DNA of 64,000 bases from Candidatus Moranbacteria bacterium RIFCSPHIGHO2_01_FULL_55_24 (GTDB lineage: Bacteria; Patescibacteriota; Minisyncoccia; Moranbacterales; UBA1568): NCBI GenBank assembly GCA_001786575.1, contig MFRW01000003.1, forward strand, positions 8,469 to 72,468, given 5' to 3'. Position numbers and translations under genes: made by a program. The notes under the pieces were generated by a model. That model saw nothing but the letters and a program-made list of their open reading frames with translations. It did not search any database and had not been told where the DNA came from. Positions 62,041 through 64,000 of this stretch are shown here, in pieces; the stretch's first letter is position 1; each line of letters begins with the position of its first letter.

Positions 62041-62949
62041 CTAGTAAGCGCTCGGCGGGGCAATTTCCTGGAATTTGCCGCCGGGGAGAAATGTACGGGT
62101 GAAATTGTCCGAGTGGTAGACATCCGCATCGGCTTCCATATCGACCGTCTCGACGTCGCCAGGGAAGGCCTCGGGCCAGACAAGACGGAAGTCTCGCTCT
62201 TCATGAGCGCCGACCGTGTTCAAACTTGTCATGTTGGCGGCGAGCGCTTTGCCGTTCCGATCCCGGAGGATGACCTTCACCGTGATGGTCTTGAAATCGA
62301 AATCGCTTTCGTTCGAGACGAGACCGTATGCCTCGCTGAATCCCGCCCCGGAAGAGATCTGGTTATAGCGGCGCTGGTAGATATTGATATTCGGCTTTTC
62401 CTGATAGCCCGCGAAGCGCTCCCACTCGATGCCGCTTATCTTGAGCGTCACGCTGCTCGGCTGGCCGGAGACAGCTACCCCGATCCCCAAGAGCACCTTC
62501 CGCTCTTGCGGCAGGATGAAACTCGCGCCGGTCTCGGTCGCGATGACAGCGCCGCTCGCGTCTTTTATTTCGAAAGCATAGGTGAAAGAGGATGCGCCGG
62601 CAGTATCGTTCGGATTATAGACCCGACCCAGAACATCGTAGCGCCCCGCCCCTCCCGGCATGAGCGCCGCTTCTTCGAGGACGAACGGCACACCGGTGAC
62701 TTTCTCTTCGCAGACGTTCGTACAGATACCGCCGCAGTCGATGCCGGCCTCATCCTGGTTCCGTATCCCGTCATTGCAGCTTTCCGGCACGCGGATGAAG
62801 GACCAGTATACGCCGAACGCCAAAAGCCCCACGAAAGAGAGGTAGAGAAAACCGATAAAAAAACGCTTGCGATTGCGGGATCCCAAAAACATATGGATGT
62901 CGTCTATTATAGCATATCCTCTCCGCTTGCTTTCCGGAAGAGGAAACAA
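62041..62949 (-). CDS. Membrane-anchored hypothetical protein with a Cys-rich module
   Basis: A TM helix, then CNDGIRNQDEAGIDCGGICTNVCEEK, then a beta-rich domain. Confidence 0.5.
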   Translation of the reverse strand: MFPLPESKRRGYAIIDDIHMFLGSRNRKRFFIGFLYLSFVGLLAFGVYWSFIRVPESCNDGIRNQDEAGIDCGGICTNVCEEKVTGVPFVLEEAALMPGGAGRYDVLGRVYNPNDTAGASSFTYAFEIKDASGAVIATETGASFILPQERKVLLGIGVAVSGQPSSVTLKISGIEWERFAGYQEKPNINIYQRRYNQISSGAGFSEAYGLVSNESDFDFKTITVKVILRDRNGKALAANMTSLNTVGAHEERDFRLVWPEAFPGDVETVDMEADADVYHSDNFTRTFLPGGKFQEIAPPSAY

Positions 62950-62971
62950 AAAACACCCTTATTCAGGGTGT
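62944..62971 (-). terminator. Intrinsic terminator downstream of 5S rRNA
   Basis: acaccct-tattc-agggtgt. On the minus strand it is followed by tttttgttt. Confidence 0.6.
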
Positions 62972-62999
62972 TTTCGTAAAGAAATCTTGAGTTCAGGGT

Positions 63000-63108
63000 A
63001 CCCGGCACTGACCTACTCTTGCCGTGAGGCTACCATCGGCGCTGCTAGGCTTAACTGCTGTGTTCGGAATGGGAACAGGTGTTTCCCTAGCGCCAGAAGC
63101 ACCGGATA
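63000..63108 (-). rRNA. rrf: 5S ribosomal RNA, ends approximate
   Basis: The reverse complement contains CCCATTCCGAACACAGCAGTTAAGC and GCGCCGATGGTAG. Helix I pairs ccggtgc with gtgccgg. Confidence 0.85.
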
Positions 63109-63187
63109 CTCTGCCCTCAAGATTTGTGTCTCATAAGTAAATCGGAATCAAACACTCTTCACTGCTAACCGTGTAGAAAAGCAGAAA

Positions 63188-64000
<813 letters not shown>

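Noticed and set aside
58627-62979. Plus-strand ORFs 58627-60486 and 61849-62979
   Set aside because: They are antisense to the SBP, rodA and the Cys-module gene.

Overview
High-GC (roughly 60%) bacterial chromosomal segment. It is gene-dense, most genes lie on the minus strand, and neighbouring genes often overlap by 4-8 nt. Gene calls rest on conserved motifs and domain patterns read by eye; no database search or alignment was run, so family-level calls are inferences. In order: (1) 1-4104, a type IV pilus operon with PilX-like, two prepilin-type pilins and PilC; PilB is separate at 45.0-46.8 kb. (2) A nucleotide-excision-repair neighbourhood with two full-length UvrA paralogs (5095-7887 and 19946-22606), UvrC lacking the C-terminal (HhH)2 domain, UvrB, and an MGMT-type alkyltransferase. 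(3) A lower-GC islet at 15.0-17.1 kb holding a convergent gene pair: a DNA methyltransferase with an N-terminal LexA-type DNA-binding domain, and a putative PD-(D/E)XK restriction endonuclease. (4) Small secreted paralogs and a DUF1003 protein with tandem acidic repeats. (5) DedA, a DEAD-box helicase, a matrixin-type metalloprotease, and an iron permease family protein. (6) A lower-GC sugar-modification cassette at 32.6-36.8 kb with a nucleotidyltransferase, a CapD-like dehydratase, an SDR, an APH-family kinase, and an unassigned ORF. (7) A minus-strand tRNA array: Ala-TGC, Ile-GAT, initiator Met, elongator Met/Ile2-CAT, Asp-GTC. A small GIY-YIG ORF next to it is flanked by an 18-bp direct repeat of the tRNA-Ala 5' end. 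(8) dprA-topA, zur-znuCB, a short Rel/SpoT homolog, groEL preceded by a CIRCE-like element with no groES, ychF, and PMM/PGM. (9) A cst-like sulfide-stress cluster: CsoR/CstR-family repressor, MBL-fold dioxygenase-like protein, rhodanese. (10) trpS, an AT-rich islet with a winged-helix protein carrying a Cas2/VapD-like C-terminal domain flanked by direct repeats, RNase J, tRNA-Leu-CAG, PGI/PMI, a solute-binding protein, secG, rodA/ftsW. (11) 5S rRNA and the 3' end of 23S rRNA on the minus strand at the window end. No CRISPR array, integrase, transposase, or reverse transcriptase was found. The six-frame track is full of long shadow ORFs opposite real genes, as expected in GC-rich DNA. A recurrent -10-like motif GGTATACT/GGTATAAT sits upstream of many genes; it supports several start-codon revisions and marks two orphan promoter-like sites. 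The reduced gene forms (short Rel, truncated UvrC, groEL without groES, unlinked tRNA-Ile/Ala) suggest a small-genome organism, possibly CPR-like, but this cannot be established from sequence alone.
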